A stretch of 64,000 nucleotides of DNA from Pyrinomonadaceae bacterium (lineage in GTDB: Bacteria > Acidobacteriota > Blastocatellia > Pyrinomonadales > Pyrinomonadaceae), in NCBI GenBank assembly GCA_045807785.1, contig JBJMGS010000012.1, forward strand, positions 1,039 through 65,038. Reading direction: 5' to 3'. Below the pieces are notes generated by a model. The model ran no database searches and was not told the DNA's origin. It was given only the letters and a program-made list of their open reading frames with translations. The translations under genes and the position numbers were made by a program. Below are positions 38,719 to 50,108 of the stretch, piece after piece (within the stretch, counting starts at the first letter, position 1; the number at the start of each line of letters is the position of its first letter).

Positions 38719-41412
38719 CTACTCGTACCTGAGCGCGATCATCGGATCGACTTTGGTCGCGCGCCGCGCCGGTACGAAACAGGCCAGCACGCCCGCGCTG
38801 ACCAAGACGAGCGAGATGACGGCGAACGTCGTCGGGTCGGTCGCGCTGACGCCGAACAGCAGGCTCGCCATCACGCGGGTCAAGGCGAGCGACGCTATGA
38901 GCCCGATGGCGACTCCGACAAAGACCAGTTTCAACCCCTGCCCGACAACCATCCGCAGCACGTCCGAGGCTTGCGCGCCGAGCGCCATGCGGATGCCGAT
39001 CTCGTGCCGGCGCTGCGCCACCGAGTAGCTCATCACGCCGTAGAGCCCGACCGCCGCGAGGATGAGTCCGACGGCGGCGAAGACGGCGAGCAGGATCATG
39101 CTGAACCGCTGCCGCGCGATGGATTCCGAAAGCACGTCTTCCATCGTGCTGATGTCGGAGACCGGCTGGTCTTTGTCGATCTCCCACACCGCCCCGCGCA
39201 CCGCCGAGCCGAGACCGCGCGGCTCGACGCTCGTCGCGATGATGAGATGGCGCGGCGCGAAGAACCCTGCCTGCTGGTAGGTCAGATATATCTGCGGCTT
39301 CGGTTCGGCGTCCAGATTATACTGACGCACGTCGTTGACGATGCCGACAATCGTCATCCAGTCGTCGGGCGACTGGGGCTTGCCAAAACTGATGCGCTTA
39401 CCCAGGGGGTCTTCGCCCGGATAGTAGCGCCGCGCCATCGACTCGCTGACGACCACTGCCGCGGGCGCGTCCGCACGGTCCTGCTCGCCGAACGGACGAC
39501 CGCGCAAGAGCTGTATGCCCATGGTCTGGAAGTAGCGCGGGCTGACGATGCGCGTCGCCACGATGTTTTCCTGTCCGGGCGCGGGGTCGGGCCGCCCCTC
39601 GAAGGCGATGCCGTTGGAATCCCCCTGTCTGATTAAAGGTATCTGGCTCGCGACAGCGGCAGACTTCACGCCGGGCAGTGCTTCGACTCGGCGCAGGAGA
39701 TCGTCATAGAAGGCCGAACGGTGCGCCTGATCGGCGTACTTCTGCGCGGGGAGCACGACGTTCATCGTCAACAGATGATCCGTGTGAAAGCCCGGATCGA
39801 CGCCGCGTAGGTGCAGGAAGCTGTTCACGAGTAGGCCAGCACCGACCAGCAGAACGAGCGAGAGCGCGACCTCCGCGATGACGAGTGCGGCGCGGATGCG
39901 GCTGCCGCGGCTGCCCGAGGCGGAATCCCTGCCGCCCTCTTTGAGCGTCTCGTTCAGGTTGAACTTCGTCGCCTGCGTCGCCGGGGCAAGCCCGAAGACG
40001 AGCCCCGTCAGCAGCGAGACCAGCAGCGTAAAGGCGAGCACCTTGACATCAACCGTGATCGACGCCGCCTGTGAAATGTTCTCCGGGATGAAAGCCTTCA
40101 ACAGTCGCACGCCCCACACGGAGAGGAGCAGCCCAAAGACGCCCCCGATCATTGCGAGCAACAGGCTCTCCGTCAAAAACTGCCGGATGAGTCTGAGGCG
40201 GCTCGCGCCGAGCGCGACACGCGTGGCGATCTCTTTCTGGCGCACGGCGGCGCGCGCCAAAAGCAGGTTCGCGACGTTGGCGCAGGCGACTAAGAGCACG
40301 AAGCCGACCGCGCCGAGCAGCACGAGCAACGCCGGCTTGATGTTGCCGACGAGCTGTTCTTGCAGCGGGACGACCCCCGCGCCGAGATCGGTGTTCTCCT
40401 CCGGGTACTGCTGCGCGAGCCGCGCGGCGATAGTTGTCATCTCCGCACGCGCCTGTTCGAGCGTGACGCCGTCTTTGAGTCGCGCATAAACTTCGAGGAA
40501 GTGTGAGCGGCGCCGCGCGGCTTCCCTCTGCGAGAAGGCGATGGGAATCCAGAACTGATCCTCGCGCGTCGGGAACTGAAAACTCGCGGGCATGACGCCG
40601 ACGACCTCGAAGTCGTAGCCGTTCATAGTGATCTTTTTCCCGACGATGCGCGCGTCGCCGCCGAAACGCCTCTGCCAAAGCGCGTGGCTGAGAATGATGG
40701 AGTGGTTCGCGCCGGCTTGATCCTCCTCCGGCGAGAACCAGCGACCGAGTTGCGGCTCGACGCCGAGCAGAGGGAAGAGGCTCGCTGAGACGCGCCTGCC
40801 GTCGAGCCGCTCCGGCTCGCCCGCGCCCGTTAGGTTCATGCTCAAATCGGCGATGGCCGCCATCTGGTCGAAGACTTTGTTCTGGTCCCGCCAGTCGATG
40901 TAGTTGGCCGGCGCGGGCGTGTCGTGCGGGAAGCCGTGTCGCGAATTGTCTTCATCGACCGACACGATCCGCTCCGGGTCTTTGTAAGGCAGCGGGCGCA
41001 GCAGGACGGTGTTGACCACGCTGAAGATGGCGCTGTTCGCGCCGATGCCTAAAGCCAGTGCGATGACGGCGACGATGGTGAAGGCGCGGTTCTTCAACAG
41101 CACGCGCGCGCCGTAGCGTAAATCCTGCCAGAGATCGCTGAACACGTTAACCCTCCCATGCGATGCTGAAGTCTTTGGCTCGCGGCTCGTGGCGCTCTCG
41201 ATCTGTCGGAGAGACTGCGTCAGCAGCCCGTCCCCTTCGAGTTCCCGGAGCGCCGCACGGCGGGCTTCCACTTCCGTCGCGCCACCGCGCAGAGACTCCT
41301 CGTAACGATCTTCGAGGTGCTGCGTCAGCTCTTCGACGATCTCCGACTCGCGCACCGGGTCGAGTTGCAAGCCGCTCAACCTGTTTTTAACTTCTCGTTT
41401 CCAGTCAGGCAT
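38719..41412 (-). CDS. ADOP-type duplicated permease with ~100-residue N-terminal cytoplasmic prefix domain
   Basis: Prefix MPDWKREVKNRLSGLQLDPVRESEIVEELTQHLEDRYEE... precedes [23 protein letters not shown]. Ends [11 protein letters not shown]-stop. The start overlaps the PadR stop by 8 nt. Confidence 0.9.
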   Translation of the reverse strand: MPDWKREVKNRLSGLQLDPVRESEIVEELTQHLEDRYEESLRGGATEVEARRAALRELEGDGLLTQSLRQIESATSREPKTSASHGRVNVFSDLWQDLRYGARVLLKNRAFTIVAVIALALGIGANSAIFSVVNTVLLRPLPYKDPERIVSVDEDNSRHGFPHDTPAPANYIDWRDQNKVFDQMAAIADLSMNLTGAGEPERLDGRRVSASLFPLLGVEPQLGRWFSPEEDQAGANHSIILSHALWQRRFGGDARIVGKKITMNGYDFEVVGVMPASFQFPTREDQFWIPIAFSQREAARRRSHFLEVYARLKDGVTLEQARAEMTTIAARLAQQYPEENTDLGAGVVPLQEQLVGNIKPALLVLLGAVGFVLLVACANVANLLLARAAVRQKEIATRVALGASRLRLIRQFLTESLLLAMIGGVFGLLLSVWGVRLLKAFIPENISQAASITVDVKVLAFTLLVSLLTGLVFGLAPATQATKFNLNETLKEGGRDSASGSRGSRIRAALVIAEVALSLVLLVGAGLLVNSFLHLRGVDPGFHTDHLLTMNVVLPAQKYADQAHRSAFYDDLLRRVEALPGVKSAAVASQIPLIRQGDSNGIAFEGRPDPAPGQENIVATRIVSPRYFQTMGIQLLRGRPFGEQDRADAPAAVVVSESMARRYYPGEDPLGKRISFGKPQSPDDWMTIVGIVNDVRQYNLDAEPKPQIYLTYQQAGFFAPRHLIIATSVEPRGLGSAVRGAVWEIDKDQPVSDISTMEDVLSESIARQRFSMILLAVFAAVGLILAAVGLYGVMSYSVAQRRHEIGIRMALGAQASDVLRMVVGQGLKLVFVGVAIGLIASLALTRVMASLLFGVSATDPTTFAVISLVLVSAGVLACFVPARRATKVDPMIALRYE

Positions 41413-41761
41413 GTTCCATCCCCGTAATCCGGTTAATTGCTTCGACGAACTCGCGCCAAGTGTTGCGCTGCGCGGCGAGCACTTTTTTGCCGTCGGCGGT
41501 CAGGCGGTAGAAGCGCCGCCGCCTCTGCCCCGCCTCCTCCACCCAGCGCCCCTTGATCCACCCGCGCTGCTCCAGACGGTAGAGCAGCGGGTAGAGCGAC
41601 GCGACGTTGAAGCGCACGACGCCGTCTGAGCGCGATTCGATGAGCTTGCTGATCTCGTAGCCGTGCCGGGGTCGCGCCTCGACGAGCGACAGGATCAACA
41701 GCTCGGCGCTCCCCTTCTTCAGCTCCCGGTCGAGCATCTGGGATATATGTGTCATAGCCAT
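41405..41761 (-). CDS. PadR family transcriptional regulator
   Basis: 118 aa. Winged-helix core LLILSLVEARPRHGYEISKLIESRSDGVVRFNVASLYPLLYRLEQRGWIKGRW...RRRFYRLT..GK. Confidence 0.88.
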   Translation of the reverse strand: MAMTHISQMLDRELKKGSAELLILSLVEARPRHGYEISKLIESRSDGVVRFNVASLYPLLYRLEQRGWIKGRWVEEAGQRRRRFYRLTADGKKVLAAQRNTWREFVEAINRITGMEHA

Positions 41762-41865
41762 AGATTACTTAGGACGATATCCGGCGGCAAAAAGTTTCGC
41801 CGAATTTTCAGGCAGGGGCCGCGGGCGGGGCTGACGCCGTTTCTGAAGTGTTTGTCAGTCGTGAG

Positions 41866-43149
41866 TTATCGCGTGCCGTTGCTGAGCAGCCAAGATTTGA
41901 GGATGCCGGGGTCGGCGGGGTCTGTGGCGAAGTATTCGCGGATCAGGTTGTCGTAGAGTTGTGCGCGTTCGGGCGCGGTGAGGGTGAAGCCGTAAGGCAT
42001 CCGCCCGCCTTTGACGTAGGAGCTGACGAGGACGCGATCCATCGGCCAGTTGAGCGCCCCGAGTTGACGCGTCTGGTGGCAGGCGACGCACGACATGGCG
42101 CGTGCGACGACCGTCCCTTCGAAGTTAACGCCGAAGCGCCGGCTGCGTGCTTCGAGGCTCGCGCTGCTCAGTCCGGGACCGAACTTCGCGCCGTCGAGAT
42201 ACTTGTCGAAGCGCGGCGAGCCGTAAGCGCGAAAGCGCCGGTTGACCTCTTCAAGCGCGGGCAGCTCTTCGCGCCTGACGCTGCCCGCTTCGGGGAAGAT
42301 CGGCAGGATTCCGCTCTTATGACACTCCGCGCAGTTGTCGTCGCCGTAGCCCAGCTCCCAGCGCCCGCCGATTGAGGCGAACGACCCGTCGCGTCGGTAG
42401 GTGCGGTAGAAGTCTTTGAAGTAGGCGTCGAACGTGCCGTCGTTCTTCAGGAGCGCCGAGACGACCGAGACGTTGCGGATGCGCGTGCGCGCGCCGGGGT
42501 CTGTGATGCCGAACTGCACCCACTTCTCCGGGACGCCCGTGCCAGCATCGCCGGGCACGACGATAAGCAGGCGGCGAAAGCTGTCGTCGTTGTCGGGCGT
42601 CCCCAGGTGGCGCGACGCGTAGCTGAAGAAGACGAGTTGATCCGTCGGCGCGCGCCGCACGTTCAGCAGCCGCAGGAAAGTCTTGGCGCGTCCGAGCGTC
42701 TCGAAGCGGCTGACGTCGCGCAGGAAGACGGGGTCGAGCAGGAACGCTGGAATTTGCACGAACCCGCGCGTCTCCGCGAAGTACTGTTTGTCGGGCACGT
42801 TGAAGCCCAGCTCGTGGTCGGGCAGGCGGCCGAGCGACGCCGCGTTGACGTACTCGACGAACGTGCGGTGGCTGCTGACGAACTTCTCGTCGCGGGCGAG
42901 CAAGCAGCGGTTCAGCCCGTCGTTGATCTGGTCGAGCACACGCTCATACGCAGGGAGCGCGTCATCGTTATCGTAAGCGGCGCGTGCGCTGCGGACGAGC
43001 GCATCAACTTCTCTCGCGACCCACGCGTCGGGCTGCGCTCGCAGGCTCGCGCACGGGGCGGCAGCGGCCACCTCCTTCACAGAAAGCAGCAGCAGACAGA
43101 TGACGATCAGGCTCACGCGCACACACATGACGCACTCCTTGTCTGGCAT
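41866..43149 (-). CDS. Putative secreted di-heme c-type cytochrome-like protein, unknown function
   Basis: Hydrophobic signal segment. Two CxxCH motifs (CAECH and CVACH). A GGRMPYG segment after the second motif resembles a class I Met-ligand context. Confidence 0.6.
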   Translation of the reverse strand: MPDKECVMCVRVSLIVICLLLLSVKEVAAAAPCASLRAQPDAWVAREVDALVRSARAAYDNDDALPAYERVLDQINDGLNRCLLARDEKFVSSHRTFVEYVNAASLGRLPDHELGFNVPDKQYFAETRGFVQIPAFLLDPVFLRDVSRFETLGRAKTFLRLLNVRRAPTDQLVFFSYASRHLGTPDNDDSFRRLLIVVPGDAGTGVPEKWVQFGITDPGARTRIRNVSVVSALLKNDGTFDAYFKDFYRTYRRDGSFASIGGRWELGYGDDNCAECHKSGILPIFPEAGSVRREELPALEEVNRRFRAYGSPRFDKYLDGAKFGPGLSSASLEARSRRFGVNFEGTVVARAMSCVACHQTRQLGALNWPMDRVLVSSYVKGGRMPYGFTLTAPERAQLYDNLIREYFATDPADPGILKSWLLSNGTR

Positions 43150-43191
43150 GAGACGGCGACCGACGACGGTGCCGCAGCGACGCGCACGGCT

Positions 43192-44274
43192 TTAGCGGGC
43201 TCTGGCGGACTTGGCGACGTAGTAGTAGTCGCGGTACGCGAGCCGCACTTTGTCTTTTGCGAGGAGCGGGTTGACGATCTCGACGCGCACTGCGCGGCGC
43301 TTGCCGTCGTGCGACTTGTTGGTCGGCGTGTAGGCGATGAGGTATTGCGAGCGCAGCTCGCGCTCGATCCGCGCGAACGCCTTGCGCAGATCGCCCGCGT
43401 CTTCGGGAAAGAAGGCGTGCCCGCCCGTCTCTTCTGAGACGTACTGGAGCGCGTCCTTGTTAATGATGTGACCGCCGATGCCGATGCTATAGACGACGGC
43501 GTTCGCGTATGCCGCACCGTTGACGGCGTCGCGCGGGCTGAGCCGACTCTCGTTGTCGAGCCCGTCGCTCAACAGAATCAGGGCGCGGCGCGAGTTCGGC
43601 TGCGCCTTCGTCAGCACCTTGTAGCAGGTGAGAAAGAGCGCGTCATAAATGGCCGTCCCGCCGCCGATGCGGAACGGCGGCGGCGTCGCGTCCGGCTCTG
43701 GCGGTCTGGGTTGCCCCAAACGCGCTGCGGGAGAGCCCGCGCCGACCTGCGCGATGGCTTCGTCGAGCCGCGCGAGATCATTCGTGAAAGGCTGCTGCAG
43801 GAAGGCGGCCCCGGCGAACGAGACGACGGTCGCGCGATCAGACTCGGGGCGGAAGACGGAGCGGATGAACAGCCCGGCGGCTTCCCTCTGATCGGGCAAC
43901 GTCTGCCGCTGCGAGGCGCTCACGTCGAAGACGAGCGCGAGCGAGAGCGGGCGCTGCGTCTCGCGCTCAAAGACGGAGACACGCTGCTCCACGCCGTCCT
44001 CGTAAACGCGTATGTCCGTGGGTAGGAGGTCGGTGAGAAGCTTCCCCTTCTTGTCGGTCACCGTCATTAGGATGGTCGAAAGGTTCGTCTCGACGACTTC
44101 GATCTCGGAATCCTGCTGCTCGGCGGTCGTCAGCAGTGCCGGACGTGGCGGTGGCGCGGAAGGGGAGGCGGGCGTCTGCGCGAAGGCTCCGCCGCGGACG
44201 AAGGCGAGGAGGACGACTAACAAGAGTCGGCTCAACTCACTTCCCTGTCTTCGACGAACGCGCATGTGCGACAT
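43192..44274 (-). CDS. VWA domain protein (VWFA-related acidobacterial type)
   Basis: Signal peptide. MIDAS-like LALVFDVSASQ. LILLSDGLDNES and VYSIGIGG segments. Confidence 0.8.
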   Translation of the reverse strand: MSHMRVRRRQGSELSRLLLVVLLAFVRGGAFAQTPASPSAPPPRPALLTTAEQQDSEIEVVETNLSTILMTVTDKKGKLLTDLLPTDIRVYEDGVEQRVSVFERETQRPLSLALVFDVSASQRQTLPDQREAAGLFIRSVFRPESDRATVVSFAGAAFLQQPFTNDLARLDEAIAQVGAGSPAARLGQPRPPEPDATPPPFRIGGGTAIYDALFLTCYKVLTKAQPNSRRALILLSDGLDNESRLSPRDAVNGAAYANAVVYSIGIGGHIINKDALQYVSEETGGHAFFPEDAGDLRKAFARIERELRSQYLIAYTPTNKSHDGKRRAVRVEIVNPLLAKDKVRLAYRDYYYVAKSARAR

Positions 44275-44318
44275 TGTTAGTGAACCGCCAAAGAATCACA
44301 GCCCGGCGACGCGAACGC

Positions 44319-46070
44319 TTACGGCGTGAACGTTCGTCGGAAAATGATCCCTCCATAGTCGACGCGCATCGCCCTGCCGGCGACGACCGACTCGAAGCTG
44401 AGACGGTCGGGCGAGACATCATCGCCTGCGAGACGGAACGTGTTGCCCACGTCGGGCGCAAGCGGCTGCACGCCGTCGAGCAGGAGCTGTCCTTTGCGTA
44501 GCACGACGCGCGCCGTGCCGTACCAGGGGCTGTCGCTGAAGTAGTGGCCTGCGTAGGCGTCCCACTCCTTCGGATAAGTGAAGGAGCGCGCGCCCGTGTA
44601 AGCCTCGCCCGCGTACCAGTCCGCGCCGTGGAACGCCTCGACCACGCGATCCCGCTCGCGCACGAAGCCGAGGTGGAAGAGATCGAAGTCAGGGTGCTTG
44701 ACGATGAAGCGATCGCGACCGCCGGAGCGTTCGAGCGCGACGCGCGCGCCTCGGTGGACGAGCAAGAGCCGGTTGCCTTCGGCGGCGAGGGTGAGTTTCC
44801 GCCCGTCGGGCGAGGTGTAGGTGCCGGCGTAGTCCGCCGCGTTCTGGATCACTTCGGGCGAGGGCGGCGGCGCGGGGACGGCGGGCAGCGTCTTTCCGGC
44901 GAGCGCCGCAGTCAGGGCTTCGAGCGCAAACTTCGTGACCACGATGGGTCGGTAGCCTTGCAGGTTTGCGTTGACCGAGGCGAACGCGCCGAGTCCTTCC
45001 GACAGGTCAACGTCAATCGAAGAGCTGAAGGCGACCATGCCGCCCGTGTGGCGCAGGCGCGTGTGGCCGCCCACGTCGCTGATCCAGAGACCGTAGCCGT
45101 AGGACGCGGGTTCGAGGCGAAAAGGTGCGTTGATGACGGGCGTCGTCAACAGGCGAAAGCCTTCTTCCGAGAGGATGCGGCTGCCGCGCGCGGTCGCACC
45201 GTGGTTGATGAGAGCGGTGACGTAAGCCGCCATGTCGGCGGGCGTGGCGGCGATGCTGCCCGCCGCCATGTCCATCTCGATCCACGGCGCTTCGCCGAGA
45301 CGACCGCGCAAGGGGAACGGGCGATCCTCGTAGAAGGGCCGGTAGCCGACCGCCATGCGCGGGCGCGTGTCGTTCGTGATCGTGGGCGCGCTCGCAGTCA
45401 TGCCGAGAGGCTGAAGCAGGCGCGCGCGCATCGCCTCGGCGAAGGGGCGACCGTCGAGCGCTTCGACGAGGAAGCCGAGGATGTTGTAGCCGGTGTTCGA
45501 GTAGAGGAAGTGCGTGCCGGGCTTCGAGCCGGTCGGAATCTCCGCGAGCAGTGTGTCGAGCAGGAGCGGAGCTTCAGGCAAGCCCGCCGTGTGGCTCATG
45601 ATGTCGTGCGCGGTGATGGGCTCGAACTTCGAAGCGATCTTAAGCCACGGCAAATACTGCGCAACCGGCCTGTGTAGATCGAGCTTGCCCTCGTCACGCA
45701 GTTGCAGCAGCGCGATGGCGACGAACGACTTGGAGATCGAGCCGATCTGGAAGAGCGTCTCCGGAGCGACCTTCGCCCCCGTCTTGACGTCGGCGAGCCC
45801 GTAGGTGGAGACACGCAGCAGCCCCTCGCGGTTGGCGACGGCGAGCGTCATGCCGGGCGCGCCCGTCTCGCGCATATGCGCAGTGATGAACTCGTCGAGC
45901 CGCGCGAAAGCGGGCTCAAGCGCGACGGCCTGTGTGCGCGCTGCCTGCGGCACGTCGGCGGTGAGCAAGACGGGCGCGGCGGCGGCGGAGAGGCGGCTGT
46001 AGGCCGCGAGCGCGACGGCAGACTTAACGCCCGTGCCGAGGAAACTGCGTCGCGAGAACTCTCGGTGCAT
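44319..46070 (-). CDS. Serine hydrolase / beta-lactamase-family protein with Tat signal
   Basis: Twin-arginine N-terminus (SRRSFLGTGV...AAA). SxxK motif (GSISKSF) and YxN motif (YSNTGYN). C-terminal extension of about 200 residues. Confidence 0.85.
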   Translation of the reverse strand: MHREFSRRSFLGTGVKSAVALAAYSRLSAAAAPVLLTADVPQAARTQAVALEPAFARLDEFITAHMRETGAPGMTLAVANREGLLRVSTYGLADVKTGAKVAPETLFQIGSISKSFVAIALLQLRDEGKLDLHRPVAQYLPWLKIASKFEPITAHDIMSHTAGLPEAPLLLDTLLAEIPTGSKPGTHFLYSNTGYNILGFLVEALDGRPFAEAMRARLLQPLGMTASAPTITNDTRPRMAVGYRPFYEDRPFPLRGRLGEAPWIEMDMAAGSIAATPADMAAYVTALINHGATARGSRILSEEGFRLLTTPVINAPFRLEPASYGYGLWISDVGGHTRLRHTGGMVAFSSSIDVDLSEGLGAFASVNANLQGYRPIVVTKFALEALTAALAGKTLPAVPAPPPSPEVIQNAADYAGTYTSPDGRKLTLAAEGNRLLLVHRGARVALERSGGRDRFIVKHPDFDLFHLGFVRERDRVVEAFHGADWYAGEAYTGARSFTYPKEWDAYAGHYFSDSPWYGTARVVLRKGQLLLDGVQPLAPDVGNTFRLAGDDVSPDRLSFESVVAGRAMRVDYGGIIFRRTFTP

Positions 46071-46091
46071 AGTTGTCCTCCAAATAGATTG

Positions 46092-47246
46092 TTACAGGTC
46101 GGCGTCTTCGAGACGAACCCAGACGCCGTGCTGCTTGACCTCGAACTCGATGATGGGATGAATCTCCCAGAGCGTGCCGCGCGTCTGGTGCGCGTTCTGC
46201 GGTCTGGGAAGCTGCTCCGGGTGCTCCTGATCCATGAGCAGCCAGCCGCTCAGACGCACCTTCGTCCGCGACTTGACGACCTGCGCGATCCGCTTGATGT
46301 CCCAGCCCTGTTTGTGTTGCGCGCGCACGCGCGGCGTCACCTCGCACACGAGCGACTGGAAGCGATTAGACTTGTCCGCCTTCCCCTGCTGGTCAACCAG
46401 CCAGAGGTGGAAATCAACCTCGGTGGACGAGTGGCAGTTGCAAGACTCTTCGCTCTCCCCCTTCGCGCCGGCGAGCCAGCCTTCGACGCGCAGCGCGCCC
46501 TTCGCCTCGTTCAGGTGAACCTGCTCCATGTCGGCGGCAGACCAGTTGGAGCGGTGCTTCCTCTCGATGTCCTCAGGCCAGTCAAGGTCGAGAAGCTTTT
46601 GGATTTTTACGTCCCGCCACGCCCCTTTTTTTTTACGATTCTTCAAGACGTTCAACTGCGCGTCGCCGCCGTCGCCCGACTCCGGGCAGTCTTTCAGATC
46701 GCCTGCAGCGGCGGCGGCGGTCGCAGCAGCGGCGCTGGGCGCGGCTAACAGAGACTCTTTCTGCCCGGCTGACTCGTCTTCGGCGAAGAGAAATTTTGTC
46801 TTGGGGCGCGCGGTAGCGGCGACTAAGTTCGCAGCCGCCGCTTTCGGCTGCGACTTGGACTTGGGCAGGGGCGGCGGCGCGATGACGCCTTCGTCCTCGT
46901 CCTCGTTCTGGATCGCCTCGATCCGCAGATCGTCCGTGGGTTGCTTGGCCAGCGCGAGAGTGGGCGCGGCGCCCGCCGCCAACCCCTGCTCGTGGCGCAG
47001 CCGCGCGACAGCCTTCGCGAAAGCCTGCTGCGCGTGGCTCTCGAAATTAGCCGGGGCGACCTGCTCTCCCCTGATGTAAGCCCTGCCGCCTAACTGACCC
47101 TTCTTGTCGAAGACGACGCCCGACGGGTCGAGCGTCATGCCGGGGTTGGCTTGCTCGAACGCGGTCTTCAACTTTTGTCGCGACTCTTCCGCGTTGCCGA
47201 GCGGGCCGACGTTACCCGCGGCGGGAATCTTGATTCCTTTGAGCAT
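46092..47246 (-). CDS. Hypothetical protein (Ala-rich linker, Cys/His-containing C-terminal domain)
   Basis: 384-codon ORF with normal local composition and no signal peptide. The C-terminal ~190 residues contain CPESGDGGDAQLNVLKNRKKK, ESCNCH and TLWEIHPI segments. I do not recognise any family. Confidence 0.6.
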   Translation of the reverse strand: MLKGIKIPAAGNVGPLGNAEESRQKLKTAFEQANPGMTLDPSGVVFDKKGQLGGRAYIRGEQVAPANFESHAQQAFAKAVARLRHEQGLAAGAAPTLALAKQPTDDLRIEAIQNEDEDEGVIAPPPLPKSKSQPKAAAANLVAATARPKTKFLFAEDESAGQKESLLAAPSAAAATAAAAAGDLKDCPESGDGGDAQLNVLKNRKKKGAWRDVKIQKLLDLDWPEDIERKHRSNWSAADMEQVHLNEAKGALRVEGWLAGAKGESEESCNCHSSTEVDFHLWLVDQQGKADKSNRFQSLVCEVTPRVRAQHKQGWDIKRIAQVVKSRTKVRLSGWLLMDQEHPEQLPRPQNAHQTRGTLWEIHPIIEFEVKQHGVWVRLEDADL

Positions 47247-47407
47247 GAGCGGTGCCTCCCGAGTTAAAGGCTGCTTGGTGAGTGTGCGAGAACGGCGAGC
47301 GCCATCATAAAGGATTTCGGGTCAGCGCCGGCATAAATTTTCCGGGAGGAGTACGGTGGGTAAAAAAAAGTGGAGACTGATCGGACTCTGCTGGTATTTA
47401 ACAAACG

Positions 47408-47441
47408 AAAGGGAGGCACGACCTCAATCGTGCCTCCCTTT
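47408..47441 (-). terminator. Intrinsic terminator downstream of rpoD
   Basis: Perfect 13-bp stem AAAGGGAGGCACG / CGTGCCTCCCTTT with an 8-nt loop. On the minus strand it is followed by TTTCGTTTGTT. Confidence 0.8.
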
Positions 47442-47475
47442 CAAGTGGTTGACTCTAACTGTTTGCGCCGACGCT

Positions 47476-49182
<1,707 letters not shown>

Positions 49183-49244
49183 TAAGAATACCTTTCGCTC
49201 ATGATACGTCCCGGTAGCCCGCCCGGTTGCTAAATGTGCGAAAA

Positions 49245-49280
49245 ACTGCCGGGCGGCTATCCGCACAACCGCCCGGCAGT
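49245..49280 (-). terminator. Intrinsic terminator downstream of the BON-domain gene
   Basis: Perfect 12-bp stem ACTGCCGGGCGG / CCGCCCGGCAGT with a 12-nt loop. On the minus strand it is followed by TTTTTCGCACATTT. Confidence 0.8.
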
Positions 49281-49319
49281 CTCAGAACTCGGCTAAAACG
49301 CGCTGCCTCGCGCTCGAAC

Positions 49320-49871
49320 TTAGCCAATGCGGCGCTGCTCGGCGTCCGTGCGCAGGTTGTTCGTCACCGAAAAAGCTCCGGGGACGGTGCGCGCGGCGAG
49401 GTAAGCCAGTTGCTTGTCGCCCTCGTTCGCCACCACGCCTTCGAGCGTCAGGTGACCACGGTTGACGACGATGTGCAGCGAAGGGTTCGTCCCCGCTGCG
49501 TAGCGGTAGAGACCGCCGGTGTTAAAGATCGTGCGATATGCGCTGACGCGGATCGAGTCGTCGAAGGACGAGAGCGGCAGCACCTCGATCCGGTTGACGA
49601 CGCGGCTCACGCCCTTGACGCGCTTGACGCTGTACTCCGCGTCAGATTTCGTCGTCGGTCGCACGACCTGACCTGAAAGTGTGACCGTGCCATCGGCGGC
49701 GATGCTGTATTCGAGGTTGTCGAAGACGCCGAAGTACGGCAGCATCACGAGCGCCTTGCGCACGCTCTTGGAGACGGACTGAGCGCCTTCGGTCGGCGCC
49801 GCCACGGCGAATGAAGCCGCGAGACACAACGCGGCGACGAGAGCCGTCAATCTGGAAAGAACGCTTTTCAT
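49320..49871 (-). CDS. Secreted BON domain protein (two BON domains, OsmY-like)
   Basis: Start MKSVLSRLTALVAALCLAASFAVA at 49871 with AGGGGG upstream. Two segments of the form ...V.V.G.VTL.G.V (TVTLSGQV and HLTLEGVV). Confidence 0.75.
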   Translation of the reverse strand: MKSVLSRLTALVAALCLAASFAVAAPTEGAQSVSKSVRKALVMLPYFGVFDNLEYSIAADGTVTLSGQVVRPTTKSDAEYSVKRVKGVSRVVNRIEVLPLSSFDDSIRVSAYRTIFNTGGLYRYAAGTNPSLHIVVNRGHLTLEGVVANEGDKQLAYLAARTVPGAFSVTNNLRTDAEQRRIG

Positions 49872-50108
49872 TGCCAAATCCCCCTGTTTATGAACGTCAA
49901 AGCTTATTATTTGCCGTTCACTTTGATGCAACAGGGGTTTCAATGGCTGTCTCCGAGGACGCGACTGCCCGTTGACCCTTCGTGCGCATTAGAGTCCTGA
50001 ATAATCACAAAATTACGCCGTTAGTGCGACTTTTGACGCAACAGAGTGCGCCCATTCGTCTCTCGCGTCAAGCGACCGCGCCCTTTTTTTGCGCATATAA
50101 TCAGGACG

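Noticed and set aside
38296-39636. 446-codon plus-strand ORF spanning the repeat-protein gene and the 3' half of the minus-strand ADOP gene.
   Set aside because: It crosses an intergenic region of two well-supported minus-strand genes. The composition is Arg/Asp-rich and no motifs are present.
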